Source: a virus. From it: a stretch of DNA of 62,572 bases. This document shows, one piece after another, positions 52,492-60,557 of this stretch. Location of the stretch: the IMG/VR virus record IMGVR_UViG_3300033565_000049, positions 1 to 62,572 of that record. The stretch is one strand, 5' to 3'. Every line of letters begins with the position of its first letter. Position 1 is the first letter of the stretch. The position numbers and the translations under genes are program-made. A model generated the notes under the pieces. It was not told the origin of the DNA. It did no database searches and worked only from the letters and a program-made list of their open reading frames with translations.

Positions 52492-53906
52492 TTGGTTGGC
52501 TCGTTTACTTTGGTTACACTTCCGGTTTTATTATTATCGAGCGTGGTAAGCTCCAGATTAGGGATTACAAAGTGAAGATCTGCCGGCCACTTGTTAATTG
52601 ACTTGATCAGATAAAGCGGGCGAAGTATCCGGTCGCGGAATGGCTTCATGAGCACCTGTTTGATGATGAACAGTTCGCGGGCTTCGGTGCCGTTAATGGT
52701 TTTGTTCTTGCCTGGCGATGGACCGATTAACGAAGGATGGATCAGCATGCCGTAGGCAATCAGGTTCGATACTTCTTCAGAATCTTCGATGTAGGCGCCA
52801 TCTTTCATTTCATTTTTAACTACCTCGATCTTAATCATCGGATAAGGTTGTCCCTGTGGGTCTTTTTTCTGGAAGGTGATGATTGATTTGCCGGTATTGC
52901 CTTCGCCCTTGATGAAATCGTTGATGTCTTTGTATTCTTTTTTGATACGGGCCTTTTGTTCTTTTTCGCCTGAAATGTTCTCGCGACGGAATATTTCTTT
53001 GAAATAATCGGGATCGAGTAGAATGATATAATTGATCAAGGCCTGATTTTTCATGATGGCATCCTTGAACGGGATGATCTTCATGGCAAAATCGTATAGT
53101 CCACCCTCAAAAATTGCATACCAATAAGGCTTTTGGTAGTAATTGCGACCCGGAGAAGGAAAATTTACCGGAACAATAAAACGATTGCGACGTGCTTTTA
53201 CTGTCTTTTTTTCATCCTCTTTCATGATTTCGCGTAGATGGCGCAATGGGCTGTAATTATCGAGCACCGGCGTTGCAATGCAGGGATATTCGTCGCTTGG
53301 CTGCTTCTCTTTCCAATAGGGAAAATAGTAATGCCAATCGATACGGCCGGTCTCTTTATTCATTTCGCTCCAACGCGAGAAAGTTGCTTCTTTACTTCGG
53401 ATCTGCACGAGCTTCCGTTTGGCGCCATCTTCGGCATTGAAAATTATTTCAGGAAAACAGTTGAAAAACCAATGCATATCGATCATTTGCTCCAGCAAAT
53501 ACAACTGCATGTCGTTTTCTTCAAAAAACAGATCAACTTCAGCATTTCCGGTATATGGTTCAATCTTCCTATTTTCGCCTTCTCCAGTAATTTTTACCGG
53601 CTTAATGCCATCACCATAACTAAGCAGTACATTAAACCAAAGGTTGGCATTCATCTGTGCCAGTTTTCCGGCTTTTTCAATTATTTGTTTGGGTAAATCG
53701 TTGTTTGCTCCCCACGGTACCATTTTAGGTAAATCTCCCAGTTTGAATCCTTTTACCGCAATATCGGCAGGATCCCGGTCGGGTGTACTGAAAATGTCGG
53801 AAGAGCTGGTTGATTGCAAAAAAACGGCAGATGTACCTGTTGCATAGGCGGTAGTACCGTCGTAATGCATCAATATTTCATCCTTTGATTTAACTGTCTG
53901 TGTCAT
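52488..53906 (-). CDS. portal protein (probable)
   Basis: 472 aa, and the only unassigned protein of portal size. Heads the connector/tail operon. Confidence 0.5.
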   Translation of the reverse strand: MTQTVKSKDEILMHYDGTTAYATGTSAVFLQSTSSSDIFSTPDRDPADIAVKGFKLGDLPKMVPWGANNDLPKQIIEKAGKLAQMNANLWFNVLLSYGDGIKPVKITGEGENRKIEPYTGNAEVDLFFEENDMQLYLLEQMIDMHWFFNCFPEIIFNAEDGAKRKLVQIRSKEATFSRWSEMNKETGRIDWHYYFPYWKEKQPSDEYPCIATPVLDNYSPLRHLREIMKEDEKKTVKARRNRFIVPVNFPSPGRNYYQKPYWYAIFEGGLYDFAMKIIPFKDAIMKNQALINYIILLDPDYFKEIFRRENISGEKEQKARIKKEYKDINDFIKGEGNTGKSIITFQKKDPQGQPYPMIKIEVVKNEMKDGAYIEDSEEVSNLIAYGMLIHPSLIGPSPGKNKTINGTEARELFIIKQVLMKPFRDRILRPLYLIKSINKWPADLHFVIPNLELTTLDNNKTGSVTKVNEPTK

Positions 53907-54154
53907 ATCATTACCTCCATACCATTAACATTAAAAAGCAGCTGGGCGTGAACAGTACGAACCTCGGTGCTTTCCGGAAATTTAAAATTGAACGTATCGT
54001 TTTTGAAGTTTGACGATGTGCAAATCACCCGGGCATGAACCACATTGCCGTCTTTTTCTCCATATACCACATCGAATGGAGTGCGTTCGATGCTTCGGTC
54101 AAACGGATCGAGCAAGTGACGAAGGGCTTTGAGAAAGATTTGTTTTTGTGCCAT
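53903..54154 (-). CDS. hypothetical protein
   Basis: 83-aa ORF, first gene after the promoter at 54243..54278. Confidence 0.5.
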   Translation of the reverse strand: MAQKQIFLKALRHLLDPFDRSIERTPFDVVYGEKDGNVVHARVICTSSNFKNDTFNFKFPESTEVRTVHAQLLFNVNGMEVMI

Positions 54155-54171
54155 AATTTGAAATGTTTCAA

Positions 54172-54208
54172 GTTTCGGGTTACAGGTTACGTGTTTCGGG
54201 TTACAGGT
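54172..54208 (-). repeat. two 16-nt direct repeats GTTTCGGGTTACAGGT, 21-nt period, in the 5' leader of the portal operon
   Basis: Copies at 54172-54187 and 54193-54208 are identical. Confidence 0.8.
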
Positions 54209-54242
54209 ATACCCGTTTCACGCAACCCGTTCCGTTATATTT

Positions 54243-54278
54243 CAAATATGGGGTATCAGTAAACTAAGGAAAAGGACA
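54243..54278 (-). promoter_or_regulatory. promoter-family member (TGTCCTTTt-N19-CATATTTG)
   Basis: 88 nt upstream of the ATG at 54154. Confidence 0.55.
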
Positions 54279-54279
54279 T

Positions 54280-54352
54280 CTTCGACAGGCTCAGATACCG
54301 TTATAATTTTGATCGAAGCGGCGCTCACTGAGTAGCCGAAGGCGTATCGAAG
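54280..54352. repeat. REP-like element overlapping the 3' end of the glycosyltransferase CDS
   Basis: CTTCGACAGGCTCAG ... CTGAGTAGCCGAAGGCGTATCGAAG. The right arm encodes the last residues (..FDTPSATQ). Confidence 0.6.
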
Positions 54353-55092
54353 TGAGCGATCAGAGGAACTTGCTTCCGGCGTTCGCCAAACATTACACTA
54401 TCCTGATCCAAATGTTCGACCAGGGTAGGAACTGAGGTGTACATCTTCCAGCCGCGGCGGTGAATCTCGTGCGAATTTTTACGGCCGATGCCTGATGACG
54501 AACGGAAGATGGTAACCGGATCTTTCAACCATTCTTTCATGGCGGCCAGTACTCCGGATGTCATGTAAAAATTGCCATCAACCCATGCCTGATCGATAAA
54601 ATTGAAAACATCAAATTTTACAGGATGACTTACGGCGCCGGTATAAAAATCTGAATTACGATTTGGAAGGTAGATTGGGCTGAGTGTAAAATTGGCAGTC
54701 GCAGTCTCAGTAGGCAGAGATCCCGAAAATGATCCTGAAATAAATTCAGGATGACCGGGATGACGGGGACGCACAGTTTTTAGAATATCGATGCGATTAA
54801 GTAGTGCATAATAAAAATGAGGACAGGGAACAATATCGTCTTCAATGATCAGGCATTCTTCATTGGCATACTGGAGCATTAGCCGAAACGTTTCGACATG
54901 ACAGGCTTTGGGTTCTCCTCCGATGTCGGTAAATATAAGTCTTACATTTACCGGAAGGTCGAGCGCAATGTATTTCATCAGGTTTTCGGGAGTCGTGTTA
55001 TTTACGAATCCGATCACCTGAAAATGTTCGAGCCGCGAAACGAGCCGTGCAAATAGCTCCGGCCGGTTGCAGGTTGGTACAAGTGCGATCAT
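54325..55092 (-). CDS. GT-A-fold glycosyltransferase-like protein
   Basis: N-terminal MIALVPTCNRPELF and DxD-like IIEDDIV. Confidence 0.55.
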   Translation of the reverse strand: MIALVPTCNRPELFARLVSRLEHFQVIGFVNNTTPENLMKYIALDLPVNVRLIFTDIGGEPKACHVETFRLMLQYANEECLIIEDDIVPCPHFYYALLNRIDILKTVRPRHPGHPEFISGSFSGSLPTETATANFTLSPIYLPNRNSDFYTGAVSHPVKFDVFNFIDQAWVDGNFYMTSGVLAAMKEWLKDPVTIFRSSSGIGRKNSHEIHRRGWKMYTSVPTLVEHLDQDSVMFGERRKQVPLIAHFDTPSATQ

Positions 55093-56360
55093 ATTCCGAG
55101 GTTAAAAAGGTTCTGGCTGTATTTGCGGTTGAACTTATGAACCTGGTCAACGGTAATTTTGTCCTGTTCAATTTGGGAGAGTGTCTTAAGGGTTTCGGAA
55201 GCCAGATGTTGAACATGAGAATTTGGCACCAAAGCCGGAGTAATGTTTAAGGCTTTCAATTGCTCCACAGTTGCATTATCGGCGCACCAGAACGGGAAAT
55301 CTTCATCGAGTCCACCAATCTGTTCCCAAACTGTTCGGCGCATCACAAAACACCACCCGGAGAAATGACGTCCAACCTGATAACCGCATTCGGTTACCCT
55401 GATACCAGCCTGACGCCGATCGCCCGGATTCTTTGGCGACATCACCATCAACTTGTGCTGAATCATTTCACTGAACCATCCGCGCATAAATATCAGATCG
55501 TTATTGGCAATGCAAACGAAAGGGGCACGGCCTTTCAGTACTCCCAGATTGGCAAATTGGTTGTAATTGAATTCGCCTGGCATGTGAATGGTTTGCGTAC
55601 GTGGATAGGAAACATCAGTCTGCTCTATGACGATGATATTGAATGTACCGGCTTTTTCAGAATATAGCAGGGTGTGAATGGTTCGTTGTGTCATTTCTTT
55701 CAATGCCTGTGTTTTTGCATTCGAAAGGATCACTACATCACATCTTGCCTTGTTTCGTTGCTCCTGAAGTTTTTCGCGCTGGTATTCCTGAGCTTCTGTA
55801 GTTTCGATGTTATAATCGTAGAAATACAGCGTTTTCCCGATGTGAAATTCAGTATTTAGCAGAGGTTTTAGCCGCTTGGAATAGTCTGAGTCCTCTCCAT
55901 ATAAAATGGGCTTAAATGGGGTTGCTTCGGCATGTTCACGCTTCACACACATAATATGATTTGGCAGTCGGTGATAACGGTCAGGTTCGTTATAATCAGC
56001 ATCGTACATTGACGAATAGTGACATGGTTTTGGAGTTTCACCGTTGATGCTTACTGAAGCGATGAATGTAATCACATCAGGTTCCTTTTCGGTAGCTTCC
56101 AAAATGGAACTGATATAATCATCGGCCACCCGGTCATCATCATCAACAAAAACCACGTAATCGCCTTTTGAAATGTCGATCAGGTTATTGCGTTTGGTGC
56201 CCAGCATGATGGTTTTGTTGTCGATCAATGTCAGGATCTCCACTTGTTTTTGTTGTTCCGGATCCAGTTTTTTCAATTGTCCAAAAAGCTGGTCCAGAAT
56301 TTTTGGAAGAAAAGTATTGTAACGGTTGTGGGTTGAGCAAACGAGAATAGATAGTTTCAT
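55089..56360 (-). CDS. two-domain family-2 glycosyltransferase
   Basis: KLSILVCSTHNRYNTFL...VVFVDDDD, then a second GT2-like half (ANNDLIF...GWCFVMRR...GGLDEDF). Start set at MKLSIL (56360). Confidence 0.7.
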   Translation of the reverse strand: MKLSILVCSTHNRYNTFLPKILDQLFGQLKKLDPEQQKQVEILTLIDNKTIMLGTKRNNLIDISKGDYVVFVDDDDRVADDYISSILEATEKEPDVITFIASVSINGETPKPCHYSSMYDADYNEPDRYHRLPNHIMCVKREHAEATPFKPILYGEDSDYSKRLKPLLNTEFHIGKTLYFYDYNIETTEAQEYQREKLQEQRNKARCDVVILSNAKTQALKEMTQRTIHTLLYSEKAGTFNIIVIEQTDVSYPRTQTIHMPGEFNYNQFANLGVLKGRAPFVCIANNDLIFMRGWFSEMIQHKLMVMSPKNPGDRRQAGIRVTECGYQVGRHFSGWCFVMRRTVWEQIGGLDEDFPFWCADNATVEQLKALNITPALVPNSHVQHLASETLKTLSQIEQDKITVDQVHKFNRKYSQNLFNLGI

Positions 56361-56386
56361 ACTGATGGATTGAATTATTGAATGAT

Positions 56387-56422
56387 TGAAATTATCCAAC
56401 AGCAGGAAGATGGTAAAGGACA
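56387..56422 (-). promoter_or_regulatory. promoter-family member (TGTCCTTTa-N19-TAATTTCA)
   Basis: 26 nt upstream of the ATG at 56360. Preceded by the REP half-site at 56423..56447. Confidence 0.55.
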
Positions 56423-56470
56423 CCCTTCGACTGCTTCGCGCTCAGGGAACGAGCAACTAAATGAAGGCTA

Positions 56471-56626
56471 TTAGTTTTCGGGGGGAGTGAGAAGTTTTTC
56501 GAGTTGTTTGATGCGGCGTTTGATGCGAAGGAGTTCGTTTTTTGCAGCATCGAATTGAACCCGTGCAGCTTCTTCGAGCTGCCGGAGTTCAATGATTTCC
56601 TGCATGATTTCTGTTGCGTGTATCAT
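56471..56626 (-). CDS. 51-aa coiled-coil protein, paralog of 47371..47517
   Basis: MIHATEIMQEIIELRQLEEAARVQFDAAKNELLRIKRRIKQLEKLLTPPEN; the track ORF's 5' extension was trimmed by homology. Confidence 0.55.
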   Translation of the reverse strand: MIHATEIMQEIIELRQLEEAARVQFDAAKNELLRIKRRIKQLEKLLTPPEN

Positions 56627-56833
56627 AAAAGCCCCTCCCATCTTATTTTGCGCAACACTTTCCCCTGAAGGATATATGTTATAAGACAGAAAGGGCCGTA
56701 TTCTGTGGCCCATTCTGCCTTCAGGAGAATGTTTATAAAAAGTATTGCGCGGTGTAAAGATAAAAATTTATGAGTTATTAAGGAAAGTTTAAGTACTGGA
56801 GTGATTATTTAAGTTTCAGGCTGAAAACTTAAA

Positions 56834-56854
56834 TAAAAAAGCCCCGAAGGGCTT
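56834..56854 (-). terminator. intrinsic terminator
   Basis: AAGCCC-cgaa-GGGCTT plus a T-run in minus sense. Confidence 0.65.
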
Positions 56855-57602
56855 AAAATAAAGTGAGCTGTTGAGTTTTTACCGGAGTCAGTAAATCGTC
56901 AAACAGATCAGTCGGTAGTTCATTCCCTTCCGGAATTGTTACGCTTTTTGGTTTTTGCGTTACGTTTTCGGGCATTTTTAGCACGATAACGCTTTCGGCT
57001 TCGGCGATGGGAACAATGTACGGTCCTTTGCCGGTTGGATGAATGGTAACCTGCCATGCTCCGTAAAACTGGTTTGAGAGTGAGTTCATCCAGGCAACTT
57101 CGCCAAACATTCCGTTCAGGCACATGTTTATGAGGCACATCATACAACAGTTGCGGTCGATATCGGCTCCGTAGAATGTTGCATTGCGGTTTACCTTCGC
57201 AGCTGCCATCAGTATGCGGCCAGATCCGCAGGCGCAATCGAGTACCCGCTGTCCAAAGCCGATCGGTTCATTGAGTCGTGCCATCAGTTCGCAAACAGGC
57301 TCCGGAGTGAAGAACTGCCCATTGTGGCCGTGTGAGATGTGTTCCATAAAGAAATCGCCAAATATGTCGCGTAATCCTTCGCCGTTATCGTCCATTTCCA
57401 TCACCAGTGCGCCAAATGCTTCGGCCATCAGGTAGGCTTCCGGTTTATCGTACCCGCGCACGATTTCGAGGTAACGGTCTTCCATCGCTCCGAGTGATAA
57501 GGCGCAAACAGTCATTTCTAAAAAGTCGCTGAATACGTTACTGATGCTGTTCCGACGCGCTAACTGCTGCATGTACTGGGCAAAGCTTTTCTGTTTTTCC
57601 AT
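56853..57602 (-). CDS. N6-adenine-MTase-like AdoMet-binding protein lacking the (D/N)PP(Y/F) catalytic motif
   Basis: GQFFTPEPVCELMA, VLDCACGSGRIL, GADID and NMCLNG are present; the expected motif IV position reads WMNSLS. Confidence 0.55.
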   Translation of the reverse strand: MEKQKSFAQYMQQLARRNSISNVFSDFLEMTVCALSLGAMEDRYLEIVRGYDKPEAYLMAEAFGALVMEMDDNGEGLRDIFGDFFMEHISHGHNGQFFTPEPVCELMARLNEPIGFGQRVLDCACGSGRILMAAAKVNRNATFYGADIDRNCCMMCLINMCLNGMFGEVAWMNSLSNQFYGAWQVTIHPTGKGPYIVPIAEAESVIVLKMPENVTQKPKSVTIPEGNELPTDLFDDLLTPVKTQQLTLF

Positions 57603-57615
57603 ACTTGAAATGATT

Positions 57616-57637
57616 AAAAAAAAGGCCGAAGCCTTTT
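57616..57637 (-). terminator. intrinsic terminator
   Basis: AAAGGC-cgaa-GCCTTT plus a T8 run in minus sense. Confidence 0.7.
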
Positions 57638-58123
57638 CTACATTAATCCTTCGTCGGCAAATGAGAAGTATGATTCGGAGGTAAGTATCAGGTGATCCAA
57701 TACCGGGATATCGAGAAACCGACCGGCTTCTTTAATTTTCTTCGTCAATTCTTTGTCGGCCTCGCTGGGTACCAGGTTCCCTGATGGATGGTTGTGGCTG
57801 AGTATAATGCTGCAGGCGTTTGATTTCAGCGCGGTTTGCATGATTATTTTTACATCGGCAATAGTTCCGGTAACACCTCCAACTGAAATCTGACAGTAAC
57901 CCAGCACTTTGTTATTCCGGTTAAGGCAAAGTATGTAGAAGAATTCGCGGTAGTCGAGACTTGGAAAAACATCTTTGAGGCAGGCATAGCCATCGGATGA
58001 TGTTACAACTTTTGGCAATTCGGACGCTTTGTACTTCGGTTTGTAACTGATTTCGATTTCGGCCAAAGTTGAATTGTACATTGGCACCGGGGTAAATAAA
58101 TTTGTTTGCATTGTTTGCACCAC
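57638..58123 (-). CDS. radC: RadC-like JAB/MPN domain protein
   Basis: JAMM motif SHNHPSGNLVPSEAD. Confidence 0.8.
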   Translation of the reverse strand: MVQTMQTNLFTPVPMYNSTLAEIEISYKPKYKASELPKVVTSSDGYACLKDVFPSLDYREFFYILCLNRNNKVLGYCQISVGGVTGTIADVKIIMQTALKSNACSIILSHNHPSGNLVPSEADKELTKKIKEAGRFLDIPVLDHLILTSESYFSFADEGLM

Positions 58124-58295
58124 TGCCCTGTGGATTTATGTAGGCTGGCTCTCCTGTTAATTTTGAGCCAATAGAAGTTGAGCAGCGCGGAATCATGTCA
58201 AGGGTAGTTACGATATACCAGGTTAAAACCCCTTGACTTTTCCGGGATGCGATCAATAACTTCGGGGCAAAATTGAGTGAGAGTAATCTTTCTCC
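58124..58295 (-). repeat. Leader element family B, copy B
   Basis: Aligns with 1067..1260 over about 170 nt, including the GTCAAGGG(25 nt)CCCTTGAC hairpin. Confidence 0.7.
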
Positions 58296-58363
58296 GTGGT
58301 AAGTAAAACCCAAAATAAAGGGCATAAAAAAAGAGGCGTAAGCCTCTTTAAAATGATGAATTA

Positions 58364-58648
58364 TTATTTGTCGAAATATATAATTGCCGTCAATTCCGGA
58401 TCAAGCATTAGCTCCATAGATTGGATTGCACATTTATAACTTTTTTCTTTAATAATATGAGTTTGCTCAGCTTCTTTTGAATTCTTGTCAAAGCCATTGT
58501 ATTCTTTAATTTGATCGATCATTGGCTGAAGTTCTGTTACTGTATATGGCGTTTTAATTGCCAATTCTTCAGCTAGGGTTGATGGATATTTTCTGTAAGG
58601 AAATAACCAATTCCAAAATCGTATAAATGGATTTTTCATCTTATTCAA
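58364..58648 (-). CDS. hypothetical protein
   Basis: 94-aa ORF in an AT-rich block. Confidence 0.5.
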   Translation of the reverse strand: MNKMKNPFIRFWNWLFPYRKYPSTLAEELAIKTPYTVTELQPMIDQIKEYNGFDKNSKEAEQTHIIKEKSYKCAIQSMELMLDPELTAIIYFDK

Positions 58649-58904
58649 TTTTAAATGGTTTAATTATTTTGAGTCGCATTGTTTTTGCTTCATTGCCAAA
58701 TCCAAGCATTGGTTTTGGCAATGACTTATCCCAACGTTTATACTTTTTTCGAAAAGCATTTTGTTCGAATACCACTTCAAAATATGAACTTTTTGTAGAA
58801 TCATCAAAATCATAACCGACGATATCTCCCAAACAAATTACATTTCCATTAATATCTATGGTATGTGTGGGAAAACCTTTTGGTAATTCATTCATCTTCT
58901 TCAA
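58641..58904 (-). CDS. hypothetical protein (weak YopX-like pattern)
   Basis: 87 aa; contains NGNVICLGDIVGYDF. Confidence 0.45.
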   Translation of the reverse strand: MKKMNELPKGFPTHTIDINGNVICLGDIVGYDFDDSTKSSYFEVVFEQNAFRKKYKRWDKSLPKPMLGFGNEAKTMRLKIIKPFKIE

Positions 58905-59064
58905 TTTTAATTTTTAATCCGAGTGGTTTGAGAATGTTGTTGAGTCTTAGGATGTAAAAATTCATGCGACGTTTTCCGTGCCTGGCTGGTATTCCGGCTG
59001 CTTTTTCGTAAGCGGGCCACCCTTTAAACTTTTTCTTGACGTAGGTTTCGATAAGGTTGATCAT
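58888..59064 (-). CDS. 58-aa hypothetical protein (below the track cutoff)
   Basis: Hand-translated as MINLIETYVKKKFKGWPAYEKAAGIPARHGKRRMNFYILRLNNILKPLGLKIKIEEDE; fills the gap and overlaps the next start. Confidence 0.45.
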   Translation of the reverse strand: MINLIETYVKKKFKGWPAYEKAAGIPARHGKRRMNFYILRLNNILKPLGLKIKIEEDE

Positions 59065-59071
59065 GTTTGTT

Positions 59072-59266
59072 TTATTGAATTACTTCACCAAAAAGAACAA
59101 TCGCTTTTTGTGGTGTAGTTGGAAGTAATCTTTTTTTTACTACAAAATGTTTTTGATCTTCAAGTTCGAGGCTGTCTTCGATAATTGGCACAATTGAAGA
59201 TTCGTATTTTTTAACGAAAGATAGATCATTTAATCTCATCAGATGAATTTCAAATAGATTGTCCAT
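59072..59266 (-). CDS. hypothetical protein
   Basis: 64-aa ORF. Confidence 0.45.
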   Translation of the reverse strand: MDNLFEIHLMRLNDLSFVKKYESSIVPIIEDSLELEDQKHFVVKKRLLPTTPQKAIVLFGEVIQ

Positions 59267-59343
59267 ATAGCTGGTTTTAATTATTTATCTAATTATAGTG
59301 GTTTAATAAGTAGTTGCACTCAGCGAATTTAAATATTTTTTGT

Positions 59344-59886
59344 TTATGCCAGTTCTAAATCAGGTGTGCGAATTTTGGATATCGTCCGGTTTGAAATATG
59401 GGTGTATCGCATGGTTGTTTTAATGTTTTTATGACCCAACAATTTCTGAATGATGGCCAGTTCGGTTCCTGATTCGAGCAGGTGTGTTGCTGTACAATGC
59501 CGCAATAGGTGTGGATGAACGCGCTTTTTTATCTGGGCAATAGCTGCATACTTTTTTATGAATTGCTGTATTGAAGTAACTGAATATTGTTCGCGTTGCT
59601 GTCCGTTAAACAGGTAACGGCGTGGATAGCGAATATACTCGAAGGTTCGATCGTCGTTTAAAACTAACTTATAAAATAACTTGATGGCTCCCAGGCGTTG
59701 CCTTAACAATGCTTGGGAAGATGACGTGCGGAGATACTTTTTAATTTCAAGATCAGTTATTTTTAATGGATGCCTGTAAAAGTGCATAATAAACAACCGT
59801 ACTAATCCTTTGTAACAGGTAATGGTTTGTTGGCAATAGTTGCCAAGAATCATTTCGTCTTCGTACTGCTGCAAAAGTTTGCTCAT
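59344..59886 (-). CDS. internally deleted IntI/Xer-type tyrosine recombinase (probably non-catalytic)
   Basis: SAM-like N-domain (..YKGLVRLFIMHFYRHPLKITDLEIKKYL..) joined directly to HLLRHCTATHLLESG...LGHKNIKTTMRYTH. The Arg-I/Lys segment (about 100 aa) is absent. Confidence 0.6.
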   Translation of the reverse strand: MSKLLQQYEDEMILGNYCQQTITCYKGLVRLFIMHFYRHPLKITDLEIKKYLRTSSSQALLRQRLGAIKLFYKLVLNDDRTFEYIRYPRRYLFNGQQREQYSVTSIQQFIKKYAAIAQIKKRVHPHLLRHCTATHLLESGTELAIIQKLLGHKNIKTTMRYTHISNRTISKIRTPDLELA

Positions 59887-59929
59887 AAGTTATTGATTTT
59901 TAAATGTGTTTTGTATAGGCAACTGTTAG

Positions 59930-59962
59930 CGGTAATGCCAAAAGCATCTTTCAGCATTACCG
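59930..59962 (-). terminator. 9-bp hairpin after 59972..60355 (terminator-like; no T-run in minus sense)
   Basis: CGGTAATGC-15 nt-GCATTACCG. Confidence 0.35.
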
Positions 59963-59971
59963 TTGACTTTT

Positions 59972-60355
59972 TTAGAAAGGTGGATTCTCGTCATCATCTT
60001 CATAATCGTAACGACAATCAAACTGAGACTGCCAATCTTCATCCTGGTATCTTTTCAGCATTGCAACCTCGTTAATTGTCCTTTCTCCTTCCGGCTTCTG
60101 CATAATTTTTTTGCATTGGCTTTCAAAATTTTGCATTTTATACTCACCGTCCGAACGGTCCGCGGCCATTTTTTTAGCTTTTTTGTATTGGTTAACGGCT
60201 TTGTCCGCTAATCTTTGGCAGCTCTTTCTTCCTTCGTCAATTTCGTTCATTGTCAACCCAAATTCATTTTCGAGCGACATTGAAGCCTCAAAATGTGAGT
60301 AGTCATAACTCAACATTACTTTAACAGATGCGGTTTTTACAATAGTTGTACTCAT
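59972..60355 (-). CDS. hypothetical protein with an SSB-like acidic tail (..YEDDDENPPF)
   Basis: 127-aa ORF. Confidence 0.55.
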   Translation of the reverse strand: MSTTIVKTASVKVMLSYDYSHFEASMSLENEFGLTMNEIDEGRKSCQRLADKAVNQYKKAKKMAADRSDGEYKMQNFESQCKKIMQKPEGERTINEVAMLKRYQDEDWQSQFDCRYDYEDDDENPPF

Positions 60356-60412
60356 TGATTTAAGTCGGTTGCCTGTACTCCGAAAGGTTTTTAGTATTTA
60401 TGTGATTTTGAA

Positions 60413-60553
60413 GGCACTAACCAATAACTTGCACTACCCGTCAATTGCCGAAACTGGTGGTTTGCGAGCGTTTCAGCCCGCTTGTAATTCATTTCGGCTT
60501 GACATGAAAACTCTACGCATCGGCAACTGCGTGTAGCCTTTAATGTTGTAGGC
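60413..60553 (-). repeat. attC-like structured element c1
   Basis: Minus sense: GCCTacAAC..GGCTACACGCAGTTGCCG...AAACCAC...CGGCAATTGACGGGTAG..GTTAGtGCC. Starts 4 nt after the stop of 60558..60797. Confidence 0.6.
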
Positions 60554-60557
60554 TATA

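Noticed and set aside
52488-53906. Doubt about the portal call, because the gene is about 10 kb from terL with early genes in between
   Set aside because: The call is kept at low confidence. It is the only unassigned protein of portal size, and it heads the connector/tail operon.
43170-56447. Whether the recurring GC-rich hairpins form a CRISPR array
   Set aside because: The copies are kilobases apart, are inverted rather than direct repeats, and have no regular spacers. No cas genes are present.
58230-58262. Sigma-70-like promoter on the + strand inside leader element B (TTGACT-N17-ATAACT)
   Set aside because: The -10 match is poor, Bacteroidota primary sigma uses -33/-7 elements, and no + strand gene lies downstream in any of the three copies.
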